DNA of 62,819 bases, the filler included, from Sphacelaria rigidula (lineage: Eukaryota), in assembly GCA_964200075.2 (NCBI GenBank). It is 11 parts of 11 records of this genome, joined end to end, with 100 filler letters (N's around TTAATTAATTAA, not from the genome) between each part and the next. Parts side by side here need not be neighbours in the genome. Positions count along the whole stretch, not along the records: positions 34,322 to 39,941 come from CAXNAA020025795.1; positions 40,042 to 45,661 come from CAXNAA020025796.1; positions 45,762 to 51,381 come from CAXNAA020025797.1; 8 more parts are not named here. One strand, given 5' to 3'. The translations under genes were made by a program, and so were the position numbers. Shown piece after piece: positions 36,901 through 48,048 of the stretch (within the stretch, counting starts at the first letter, position 1; each line of letters starts with the position of its first letter). The notes under the pieces are model-generated. The model saw only the letters and a program-made list of their open reading frames with translations, had not been told where the DNA came from and searched no databases.

Positions 36901-38558
36901 TAAGGGATCAGTATTAGCAGACAGTAGCGTGTGTATCCTCTCGGTTTGTATACAAAAAAGGGTGTTCTCACCGGCTCTCCTTTTCCGCGTCGTAGTTAAG
37001 CCTAAACCACGTGTGAAAAAAAAATGGTTGAGCATGCTGTCCAGACGCCTTGTGCGTGGGGCTGAGGCGCTGGAACGTGTTTTCGAGGTGTTCAGCCCGG
37101 GTGCAGCGCCGCGCCCCAAACCCGAAAATGCAATATACCCCATATTGTTCCACATACATCAAGGTATATATACCCCCATTCTGCATGTTACACTTTATTT
37201 TTCATTTGATTTCCTTACACCTTATTTTGGTCCGTTAGCCTGTGACTACGTAATAAGGCGTCTATATCAGATGCCCAGTAGGGAAGAATAGTACAGCGCA
37301 GATATCGGAACGGTTTTTAGTCCTCTCGGAACCCACTGGCGATTTTTGTTTTTGTGAATCGGCATCATTTCCAGTCATTTCCGAGTCAAAATGATGCCGA
37401 TTCACAAAAACACAAATCGTCAATGGATTCCAAAAGGGTTCATGTGAACACAGCAACAAACAATATAGATAGATGGTATAATTCCGACGGATGCCGCGAT
37501 AGCCCCCCCCGGAAAAATGGCTGGTTTGAGGGGACAAAATCTATATGTAAATCTAGATGACAATAGCCGAGTACATCGACCAGCTGGGAACTCCCATGCT
37601 TGAGGTCGTTTCCACCAATATTACCCATGTGGGGCGCTTCAGGCAGTGTGAAACCAGCTATCATGCAATCTTTTTTGTTGACGTGTGTACCCTACTTTAA
37701 TGCCCAAGTGCATAGTCTTGTTAACCCTTCTTTGTGAGGTGGTAACCGTACCGCCGGCTCCGCAGAAGATACGCCGAACAGCAGTCACAACCATATATAT
37801 ATCAATTTTTTTAAAATCACATCCCGCCTAAAAGGCTGAAACCCAACGACTAAGAAATGGTAGCTTGCCCCTGCTGGTTGGCCCGCAGACCCGGAAGATC
37901 CGACCATGCATCCAGGATGCGAACGCCTGTGTGCCGGAGATCACGAAGATCCAACGCCAAACTGTAGATCCCGGTTCTCGGTATGCGTTGGGTTGTTTGG
38001 GTCAGGGTCAGGGCTGATTTTTGTTTTGTGAATCTCTGTGAATCAGCATCATTTTGACTTGAAAATGACTGGAATTGGTGCTGATTCACGAAAACAAAGA
38101 TCAGCACTTTAGTTCCCACAGGGTTAACCCTTCTGGAACTCATTGACGATTGTTTCTGTTCCTGTGAATCGGCATCATTTTCATTCATTTTCAAGTCAAA
38201 ATGATGCGGATTCACAAAAACAAGAATCGTCTGTGGGTTCCAAAAGGTTAATATGGGATTCTGACATATATGAACAATTTTTGTGCGTGAATGAACGGAG
38301 GTCGAAATTGTTCGGTAATCACAACACGAGTTTTTAAGTGATGCTACGGTAGAGGTGCGCAAATATTTTCCGAGGTTAGAATTGTTAGGAGCCCTTGATC
38401 TCACCCGAAACACGACTTATGAAAAATATTTGAGAGTACACCAGGATTACTATTACAATGTGCTGGGGATATCCCGACTGCATTTGCAAACGGGGATGTC
38501 CTGACCCATATTCTTGTGCATCTAGAATCGTTAGGAGCCCCTGAATCAGACAATATTT

Positions 38559-39060
38559 CACGGTAAGGACAAATCACGATTTATACGAGTTGACTCCTCA
38601 CGACATGACAGGAGTCAACCTGTATTCAAGTGTTGGTCCCGCATGCACCCGACGGTGAATAGCATATACATGCAGTGCAGTCGTCCCAACCGCATACAGA
38701 TAGGGAGAAAAGTACGACTGATGCAAAGCCCATGTAATGCGACGATTCAACGATGTGCCGACTCTTCGTCCCGCACAGAGGCAAACGCATGGCATAAATG
38801 TAGATGTCATTCACGCCTCATGGTCAGTGTGGGTGGCATATACAATCCATCCATTCCGCATTTTTCTACAAGGGGTTAACATGTCTCCATGATCTACTCC
38901 ATATGACCTGGAGGCATAGGAAACAGGTACCGTTGACGGTGTACTGCACGACACAAAAGCTCAAAACCTGTATAAATTACAAAAGATGCACGACTCCTAT
39001 GATTTATTCGTTGGGATGATGGGCATGAGTTGAATCACGATTTTATTTGTCCTGGCCGTG
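38559..39060. mobile_element. Non-autonomous element with 16-bp TIRs and an 8-bp TSD (hAT-like) inserted in MITE C
   Basis: caatattt|cacggtaaggacaaat ... atttgtcctggccgtg|caagattt. Removing it restores the family C sequence. Confidence 0.75.
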
Positions 39061-40587
39061 CAAGATTTCGCGCAAAAAGTGCACCCGTACCGTAGCATTG
39101 CTCTTTTACAAATTGTTGACGAATTCTTGAGAGAATGTGCGAGGTCACCACATATCACGGCCAGAGATTGCATTCATTCGCATTGTTTTTATTCCGAAAA
39201 TATTTCGGAATACATGCTGATGAAGATTCCCACTAGAGTGATGCTACACGGTAGGGGTGCACAAATATTTTCTGAGGTTAGAATTGTCAGGAGCCCTTGA
39301 TCTCATGTTGAACACCACTTATTATGAAAATATGTGGAAGTACGCCAGGATTACTATTTTAATATGCTGGGGATATTCCGAATGAATTTGCGAACGGGGA
39401 TGCCCTGATCCATATTCTTCTGCATCTAGAATCGTTAGGAGCCCCTGAACTAGACAGCATTTCGCGGGAAAAGTGCACCCCTACCGTAGCATTGCTTAAC
39501 AAGGTTCATCCTCAACTGAAAATCCATTCAGCAAATTGCAAAATCCCGTGTTCAACCCTTGAATCGGGATGGTGGTAGTCCATTTGGATCACGCATACTT
39601 TTTTCAGGTCAAGACACTTTCTGCGGTAGCCCCCCCCCCAAAAGAGTGCCTGGTTCTTTGGCGGCAAAATCTTCGCGTAAATCGAAATGGAAATAGCCGA
39701 GCACGACGGGGAGCTGGTGATTCCCACGCTTGGGTTCGTTCTCGCCGATGCATGTGTCGCCCATATGAGGCGCTTCATGCAGCGTGAACCCGAATATCAA
39801 GCGCTGTATGACCATTTTTTTCGTGACACTTTTGGGCTGGTTTTGGAGGGGGGGGGGGGGGGGGGGGGAAGGGTAAAAAAAAATTTCCAAAATTGTTGGG
39901 CGTGTTTAAAAAAACCCAGGGGTTCCCCTCCCGCCAAAAGGNNNNNNNNNNNNNNNNNNNNNNNNNNNNNNNNNNNNNNNNNNNNTTAATTAATTAANNN
40001 NNNNNNNNNNNNNNNNNNNNNNNNNNNNNNNNNNNNNNNNNCTCGAATTTTCGTGCAAAAAATGGCCAAACATGCCCCCCCCCCCCTCCCCTAGCGAGGT
40101 CAATGGTCTGATGACTATGGCATGCATAATCATGAGTACACCCCCCCCTATCGTAGGATGACTCAAATTGCAAAAAAAAGAGACAAAGGTAGAGGCGGCC
40201 CGGGGACGTGGAATGGCGCAAAAGTTGCATAGAGACCTTCTTGACCAGCTCTCAACATTTTTCTCTCTTTCGAGCGATCACGCCTTAAAAATTGTAGATT
40301 TAGTTATTTGAACCGGCGATGATTTGCCCGAACCGTGAGAGGTTTGGTTTTAGTCTCATTTGGTTCTGAGGGATGGAATATCACATCGCCTGCCCTTTTT
40401 CTCCTCTCCACCCCTCCCGCAATGCTGTCATTCGAATACTCAAGTACAGTAGCCATTATCCAATCAATACAGGAAGGTTTCATGGTTCCATTATCATCAC
40501 TCACTAGCTTCGTCATGCGCTGTCGATTGTATGTTGCGCTGCGTACCCCTGTGTTTTGTCCTTACTCGCCCGTCACCGCCTGAAAAG

Positions 40588-43500
40588 GCCCGAGCGTTTG
40601 AGGAGCAGGGACCGGATGGTCTCGAGAAACTGCGGGCACAGCCTTTTGCCAGCCCCGACCGTGCGAAGGTAGTGATTGGAGGATGGATGCATCTGTGGAT
40701 TTTGTAGCATAATGCATGTCGTTTAGGTATATTCGGAGGATTTTTTTATTTGTTTATCGATTCAAGTGTCGGAAGAAGTAATGATTTGTCCGGGAATGAC
40801 TCGATTGTAGTGTAATTGATTCGTACCGTGCGAAGCAATCCTCAGGCTTTGTTTTCGGCGTTGCAACCCAGGTACGCGCAGTCCAGGCACCTGGAATGGC
40901 GCAAACGTTGCGTGGAGACCTGCTTGACTAGCGGTCGCCTTTTTTTCTCTTTCGGGCAATCAGGCCTAAGAAATCGTGGGTTTGGTGATGTTTCGTCCAA
41001 AATTGTGCACTGATCGATTGATCGACCCATGAATTCACTGCATCACCTGATTCGCTGCAAGTCGAGCTTTGTTCACACCGAACGCGTACCCAAGGTATTG
41101 GACCTTCCGTTCATTTCTTGTCTTCCGTTTCACACTTCCTCCTCCTCGGGATCATGTCCGTAGAATCACGTTTCCTTCCTTCCCGACATGTCCTTTACCT
41201 TGCACTGTCTCATTGAATTCTGGGTCAGCACTCCCGCACCCTGTCCACATTAGTCGGCTTTTCATGTTGACTAGAAAGTGGTTGTCTCGCATCATATGAC
41301 CCGCCGTGAACTATCCAACGAGTGATCCGGCCATGGTGATAAAATCGACCGACTCCAGAAAAATATACATGGACGGAAGCTCCAAGGCGGATAAACGGAA
41401 ACGCGTGTTGAATACCTTGGGTGGCATACACAACCCCCCCTGAGTCTGCTCCGTCTCGAAAGGGATGCGTGGTCAATGGTCAAACATCTGAGGCAAGCGA
41501 CAAATAAGTACGCCCCCCCCCCTCCCCCCTGAAGAACTCGAACGGGTAAAGAACGGAAATAGATACCAATGAAAACATTAAGCCTATTCCGCCTTCCGGC
41601 TTCAGCAGCGGCATATTTCCATACCGAGGGAGCGTTTTATACTGTGTTTTCTGGGGAGTTGCGGTTGTTTGTTTTCGTTGCTGTAATTGGCGGGTGTGGA
41701 GCACGCATTGCACACAACCGGGAGCCAGGTCGTACCAAGCGCATCGTGTGATGTAAAGATGACCCACGGTTTTCCTACTTTTTCGTTGTTTTCCTCTTCA
41801 GGAATAAAGATTGCATTTCTCGGCCTTTTAATTTTGTTTTGTTGCCCGAGACTCACTAACCGGTTGTGCACGTTACGCCTGTTTCAAGAGATGGGGTAGG
41901 CTAATATACTCTCACGTACCCCCCTCTCCTGTGCATGCATATCTACATCGTTTCCTCCTCTTCAGCACGCCTTTCCTTCCTTACTACTCCACCTTTTCCA
42001 CGTGCTTGTTCGATAGGAGTCATCACCCTAGCATAGTAACGAGGATATTGTTTGAAGCAGCAGAATCCCGCGATGATACATAACACGTGCTCAAAACTTC
42101 ATGCTCTATGGACAGTAGTATTGCTTTAGCGCTCATGTCATGGTGCTGCGCTACAGCGATCATGTAAAAAGCATATCCCCACATGTGCTGAAGGCCCGTC
42201 ATCCCTCTGATACCGCAGGGTTTCTGCTGTGCGTACGTTTACGTACATACCCTTTTGTTGCATCTCACTACGACCTCTCCCGACCATCGCTGAGATAGAT
42301 CCGATACTCTAAAACGCGCGCACGCACACATACACACGTCCCATAATTCTTGCACCGACCCATCATGTTTTAGTTACTTCTCCTCCCCCCGCTCCCTTCG
42401 TCTGCGGGACATGCAATTTCCAGGAAACGGCGCATGCAGCCCTGTTTAGCGCAGCCGCAGCCCTGCCCAAGGTTTGCGCCGCTATGTCTCTGTATCTCGA
42501 CAACGCTGCCACGGAGAGCATTTTGCTGCACCCCGTGCAGAGAAGGGTCGTTGACGCGGTCGACAGCATGCGTGAGGTTCTCCAACGGCTGCACTCGGCA
42601 AAGGTGACACAAGAGGAGTACGGCTTTTTGCTCGGAGGCTATGGTGCCATCTCCTGAATACGCGTATATTGTTCGCCTGGTTGATGTTTTGATTTGTCGC
42701 GGGTGTGTATGTACGCATGGTAGTATCTCGAACTGTCGCGCACGATGTGCGTGTTCTTTATTTATTTCCTTTCGCCCCCCTCTCCTATGCTTGTGCTGCC
42801 GTAATCTTGTGTTGAATGCACACATGCCGGTAATCCGATGTAACTGGCATTCGCAGTAGAAGGTGGTCCCATATGAAGCCCAACATTCTATCACCGATGC
42901 TTCATCAGGACATGAAAGGACTCGGCATAGCGTAGGAATACCCACTTGATGCTGGGATCAAGGCGGGTAAAACGGCCGTGGTTCGAATCGACCGGCGATC
43001 TTCTTTTCGAAAAGGATGGCCTTGTTCGCCATGCCTGGAGAATGGTCAGACAAGACGGAGGCATCGTCAATGCCATGTGTATATAATTAGGTGCACCACA
43101 CAAAATCTCAAATGCTTATATTTGTAGCGGCTCAGGCTCGAAAATATATGAGCGGGCTGGAGAGATCGCTTTGGATATCATCATTCTCCTAGTGTCGAGC
43201 TGTACGGATTCTTGGGTATTCGCCGTTATATACTCGCGGGGTGGCTGAAAACTGCTCAAAATGACGCTTTTAATTGGAATCGTTTTTTTCCCTGCCCAAC
43301 TTTGACGTTGTAAGCGAATCAACGTCCGTCCAACAAACAACCAATGAATAAAAAAATCTAACAGGAGGAACAAGAGAATTGACGTACCCTCATAGCCTCA
43401 CTGTCAGGATGTACAAAAACAAAAAATGTTGAGGTAGAGTTGTGAATTGGTTGCCAGTTTTACTGGTCAGTTACAGTTAACTGGTAGAACTGGTTAACTG

Positions 43501-44280
43501 ACCGGTTTCGTGACCAGTTGAACCAGTTATTTCACCCGACATACGTGTCATACTCCAAAGCGTTCTGTGTGAATATGTCATACTTCTATCAACATTTCCG
43601 AAGTATTGTCGTACTACAATGGCCGTGGATTTGCTGTTACACGGGCGACATGACCGCACAGCACTTACACCTAGACGCTATGTATTGTGCACTACTGTCT
43701 CACGGCTTCATTTATTTTATTCACGTCGCAAAGTTCAGTGACGTTTTTCCCCCCCCCCATGTATGTATACTCTCGTGCACTGACCACGTGCTCGAATTGC
43801 GGGCGCTAGGCAGCTAGAATTTACAGCGATTTTGAAGAGATGTGACGCCAAATGGCGTAATTTTCTTGCCTCCGACTGTGCCTCCGGCGGGGGCCCCTCA
43901 CCCGCCGGGAGGGGCCGCTTAGGCGACTCCGCCGCCAGTTATCCAGTTTTAACTGGTAACTGTAACTGGTTGTAATTTTCTGCAACCAGTCAACTGATTA
44001 GCCAAACCAGTTCACAACTCTATGTTGAGGACTACGCTGTTGATTTATATCCACCCCGCTTTCGCAGTGCAGGTATATAAAAGACATCAGGCCTAGCGTT
44101 GTCTGGCGCGGCACATATGATGATGTTCTGTCTTCGTTTGGTCATTTCCCGCAGGATCTAGAGGGCATCCTGCCACTCCTCGCCCGAGTCTCGCAGACGG
44201 TCCTGGGAGCGGGAGAGGGTAACATCGTCGCTGGGGCGGAGCAGACCAGGGATGTGGCACCACCATCTCCCTCGTCATGA
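40588..44280 (+). CDS. COG3: Conserved oligomeric Golgi complex subunit 3 (Sec34), 3' exons 40588-40668, 42424-42603, 44155-44280
   Basis: Phase-0 exons give ARAFEEQGPDGLEKLRAQPFASPDRAK|ETAHAALFSAAAALPKVCAAMSLYLDNAATESILLHPVQRRVVDAV...K|DLEGILPLL...PSS*. L..QPFA.P and M.LYL.N..TE.IL..PV match the COG3 C-terminus as I recall it. Confidence 0.8.
43435..44022. mobile_element. hAT-type MITE (588 bp) with a perfect 8-bp TSD in the last COG3 intron
   Basis: tgttgagg|tagagttgtgaattggtt ... aaccagttcacaactcta|tgttgagg, with subterminal AACTGG/CCAGTT clusters. Confidence 0.92.
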
Positions 44281-45844
44281 AACAAACAGCTGACTGGAGA
44301 TGTTGAACGCAGAAGCGATACGGATGTTGACGGCTCGAGACATAGTCCGTCGGTAGGAGTTAGAGGGGACGGGAGAGGCTTTTGCAGCAATAATAGCTGG
44401 TCGGGGATCTTGAACGGAACAAAAGATTCTCCGAAGATCTCGATTGTGTCGCAAGAAGTGATTCGGCAGGGCAATCGGGTATGAGGAAATGTAGGCTGTG
44501 ATGCAGCAACCGCTGATTAAGGAGTCTGAAGACGACATATATGGGTATCGTGGGAATGGATGATGACCTACAACGTGGTTGAGGGGTTGAATAATAGTCA
44601 GAGGGGAAGGGGGGGTAATAGCATATTTTCTATGATGTACATAAGAGTGTAATGGTTACATTTCCGAACCTCCTCCATACTGTGAGAAACAAATGCTCAG
44701 TGTCAGCCTGAGTGCTGTGCCATTGCCCATGTTCAAATGTATGTTATTCATGCCTATGTGTGGGATACTCTTGTTGAGTGACGGATTTGATTGTCGTACA
44801 TCGACTGCTCCGCTGCGAATCCAGCCGTGGTCAAATAGTCAGCGCATACACCGAAGGTAAACGAATGGAGCAACTGCTTCAGGCAACTCGACAAAGCGGA
44901 AAGATGGAGCAGAAAAAGGGGAAGAAAATGAATATGAAACTGGAACCCAGAAGAGACGAAAGAAAACAATGGGGACCAAAATGAACGAGAAGGAGAGGAA
45001 AACACGAAATGAAACGAGCAGACAGATGAGAAATACGCGGGGCAATTATCAAGTACCGGTCACGGGGTGAATTCAACTACAGCGGGGGGTACATCAGTTT
45101 CCGTGTGACCTCCGCACACCCCGTCCATGCGTACTCAGGTGCAAGATGGGCCGCTCTATCGACTAACAGACAATTCTATCATAGAGGGTTGTCCGAGGAA
45201 ATTAGGTTCAAGCCCCCAAACGATGCTCTCCCCCTACACTTACAGCAATGATACGTTGGGGGTGCACTTTTTTCGCGAAATTTCGTCTGGTTCAGAGGCT
45301 CTCAACGATTCCATAGGCACGAGAATATGGATCAGGGCATCCCCGTTTGCAGATTCATTCGAGATATCCCCAGCACATTGAAATATTAATCCTAGCGTAC
45401 TTTCGCACATTTTCATAAGTCGTGTTTTTGATGAAATACAGGGCTCCTAACAATTTTAACCTCAGAAAATATTTGTGTACCCCTACCGTAGCATCACTCC
45501 TCACAGCGATGGTGCCCAATGACGTTTTTGTCGGCCAAATGCCCGTCGATCGCGTGAATACTTTTTCAGCGCATTTTACGGACTCTGTAACAGCCAATCA
45601 TCTATGTTGAGGATGGTGCTTTTGATTGAGGATGAGAACCCGGAGGATTAAAATCTTCGTANNNNNNNNNNNNNNNNNNNNNNNNNNNNNNNNNNNNNNN
45701 NNNNNTTAATTAATTAANNNNNNNNNNNNNNNNNNNNNNNNNNNNNNNNNNNNNNNNNNNNCTACGGCGCGGTCCTCTAAGCACGCGGTCCTCTCACGCA
45801 TTACACAACCATCATTCTGTTTACGCTCCCTACCTGCAAGATAG

Positions 45845-47298
45845 ACCTTGCGCGTTACCCTTGCCGCATACCTTGCGTGGATGTGCTGTGTTGCTTCGCA
45901 GACGTGGATCGGCGAGGGGAGAACCACACCTCAGGAGAAGACGTTTCTTCTCACGAAGCATGCCAACACGCTTATCGGGAGACAGGTCCTCTTTCTCGGT
46001 GTCGAGGATGTCACATCTGCTGTACGACGGGCGGCCCGCTCGGCACTAAAGGAGATCGAAGTGCCCGGCTGCCAAGCTATCCGCAAGGCAGCAGCGACGG
46101 GCAAAGCAGGCATCGTCGCCGTCTACCACCTATCTTGCTTGTGAGTTTCCTCGCTCGTTCGTGCGTCAAGGAAGATTCACAACATATAGAGAGAGTCCTT
46201 CCACGAAGAGGATCGGGACGAAATATGCACCTTTACTGTTGCGTTGTGTGCCCATGTTTATCGCGAGGGCGTACACATATGATAATGCCTAGGACACGAC
46301 TCCACCGAAAACCTGACTAACAAACAAATACGACCCTCTCCGCTTAATTTCTACCCCCCTGCTACAAATACAGCTGCGATAAATGTGTGAGCAAGGAACC
46401 GGAGAACTGTCCGCTCATCCGCCGAGTCATCATTCCGGGGGACCATCCGAGCACTGTCGAAAGCGGATAGACAAAGACGCCGACGAACATCTAACCGCAA
46501 AAGAATATGATTTGCACGAACTCTTTGGACGTATACCAGATGACTTGCCCTACGGGAATACGGCTCTAATTCGCGTGGATCCTGCGGGACACGACGGTCA
46601 GGATATAGCGCCAGTGTTGGTAGCTCGTAAGGCACCGAGTCCGTGGATCTCATCTGAAAATGCACACAACGGCATGCTCGCCGATGGCGACACAATTATG
46701 TGGGTTTTTGATCTTGACCGAGTGGCGGAGACCAAGCGCGTGTCGTATGTGGTTCCGGATCAGGTGACCGCCGACCATAAGTCACGCGCGATCCCTCTCA
46801 ATTGTATCGCGGGATTGGGGCAGGGTCTGAGTGAGTACATGAGCCTCGTAGCGGAGTATGAAGGCTTCAAGCATTTTGAGCTACGAAAGTGTGTACTTGA
46901 GACTGCGCGCTCGAACGTCGTCCTTTTGTCAACCAACCCCTCGTCCGTATTTGAGGACTTTCGTCCGGTACCCCTCTCTACGGAGGACATGGAACGGTGC
47001 CCAGTAAGACCCAATATTTTCGAGCGGGGAACACTAGTTGAAAAAATGTTCACGGGGCCGTACGACGAAAAGGGGAAAAAATCTGGAGGGTAAAAAAGAG
47101 GCTCCAAGCCAAGATTGCTGACATAACAACCTGTGAAAAGTCACGACGCCGCAAGCACAGTCTGCAATGGGAGGGAGACGAAGAAACGATTCGGGGAGCG
47201 GGGTACAAGGTCATATTGCCGTAGAAGTCGACCGCTTGCCACATGGCCGTTTGTATGCAGATTTAGATTCGGGAGATGGAATGTATGCCGTCGTGCAG
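45845..47298 (+). pseudogene. Intron-containing relic ORF with an LSCFCxxC..C motif, probably a DNA-transposase C-terminal region (Sola2-like)
   Basis: Exon 45845-46140 spliced to 46374 gives RQVLFLGVEDV...VPGCQAIRK...GKAGIVAVYHLSCFCDKCVSKEPENCP. Frameshifts at ~46440 and ~47092. Confidence 0.45.
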
Positions 47299-47837
47299 GT
47301 GGGGAAGCAAGGGGCGGCACCGACTCACCCTAGTAGTGATGGATTTTCCTCATGTGTGTGCTGAGTTTAGATGCCTGCAATTTATGATATATCCAAAACA
47401 TAAAACCTTCGAGTCGGTGTCGCATGGGTTGGACAGATTATGGCACATGCAGTCGTATTCAGGTAGGCGACATTCAGATCTTGAATTTTCTCAGGCCGGT
47501 TTTGGCCCCAAAAGTGCAGACCCTATCGCAGCATCACTCTGGGTCTCTTTGCTGTAGGAGAGCGAAACATATGAGGCTTGCTGCGCAACCCAAATCTCCG
47601 GGGACCGGACTCCCAGAAATATGGGGTTTGCACACAGGGGCCATGTCGTGACTCTGCATCATTTTCAGTATTCTTCAAGTAAAGATGATGCCGCTTCTAA
47701 ACATGACCCATCCGACACCCCGAGCAGCCTCGAGAAACGTTTCCGGTAAAAAAGTGCAACACTCTACTAGTAGTACCGAAGTAGTTGCTCGACCACGGGA
47801 TCGTGATATATGACGAATGCGTGGAAATTGTGGTCAT

Positions 47838-48048
47838 TGTAATGCGTGAGAGGACCGCGGGCTTAGAGGACCGCATCGGAATTTGAACATCCCTATGGTC
47901 AGGGTTAGGGTCAGGGTTAGTGTTGGGGTTATAGTCAGGGACGTCGTACCTGCAGGTACTGGCCCGAATGATTTTGGAAAACGTCGATCCTAAGGTGTTT
48001 TGAACTACGGCGCGGTCCTCTAAGCACGCGGTCCTCTCACGCATTACA
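47838..48048. mobile_element. 211-bp MITE with TGT..ACA ends, 37-bp TIRs, 5-bp TSD GTCAT and internal telomere-like repeats; copies 50087-50301, 50672-50882, partial 45762-45805
   Basis: gtcat|tgtaatgcgtgagaggaccgcg.gcttagaggaccgc ... gcggtcctctaagcacgcggtcctctcacgcattaca|gtcat, with internal ggtcagggttagggtcagggttag. Confidence 0.9.

Noticed and set aside
23563..44280. Functional cluster of dioxygenase, PGM and COG3
   Set aside because: The genes lie on separate contigs that are adjacent only because of size sorting.
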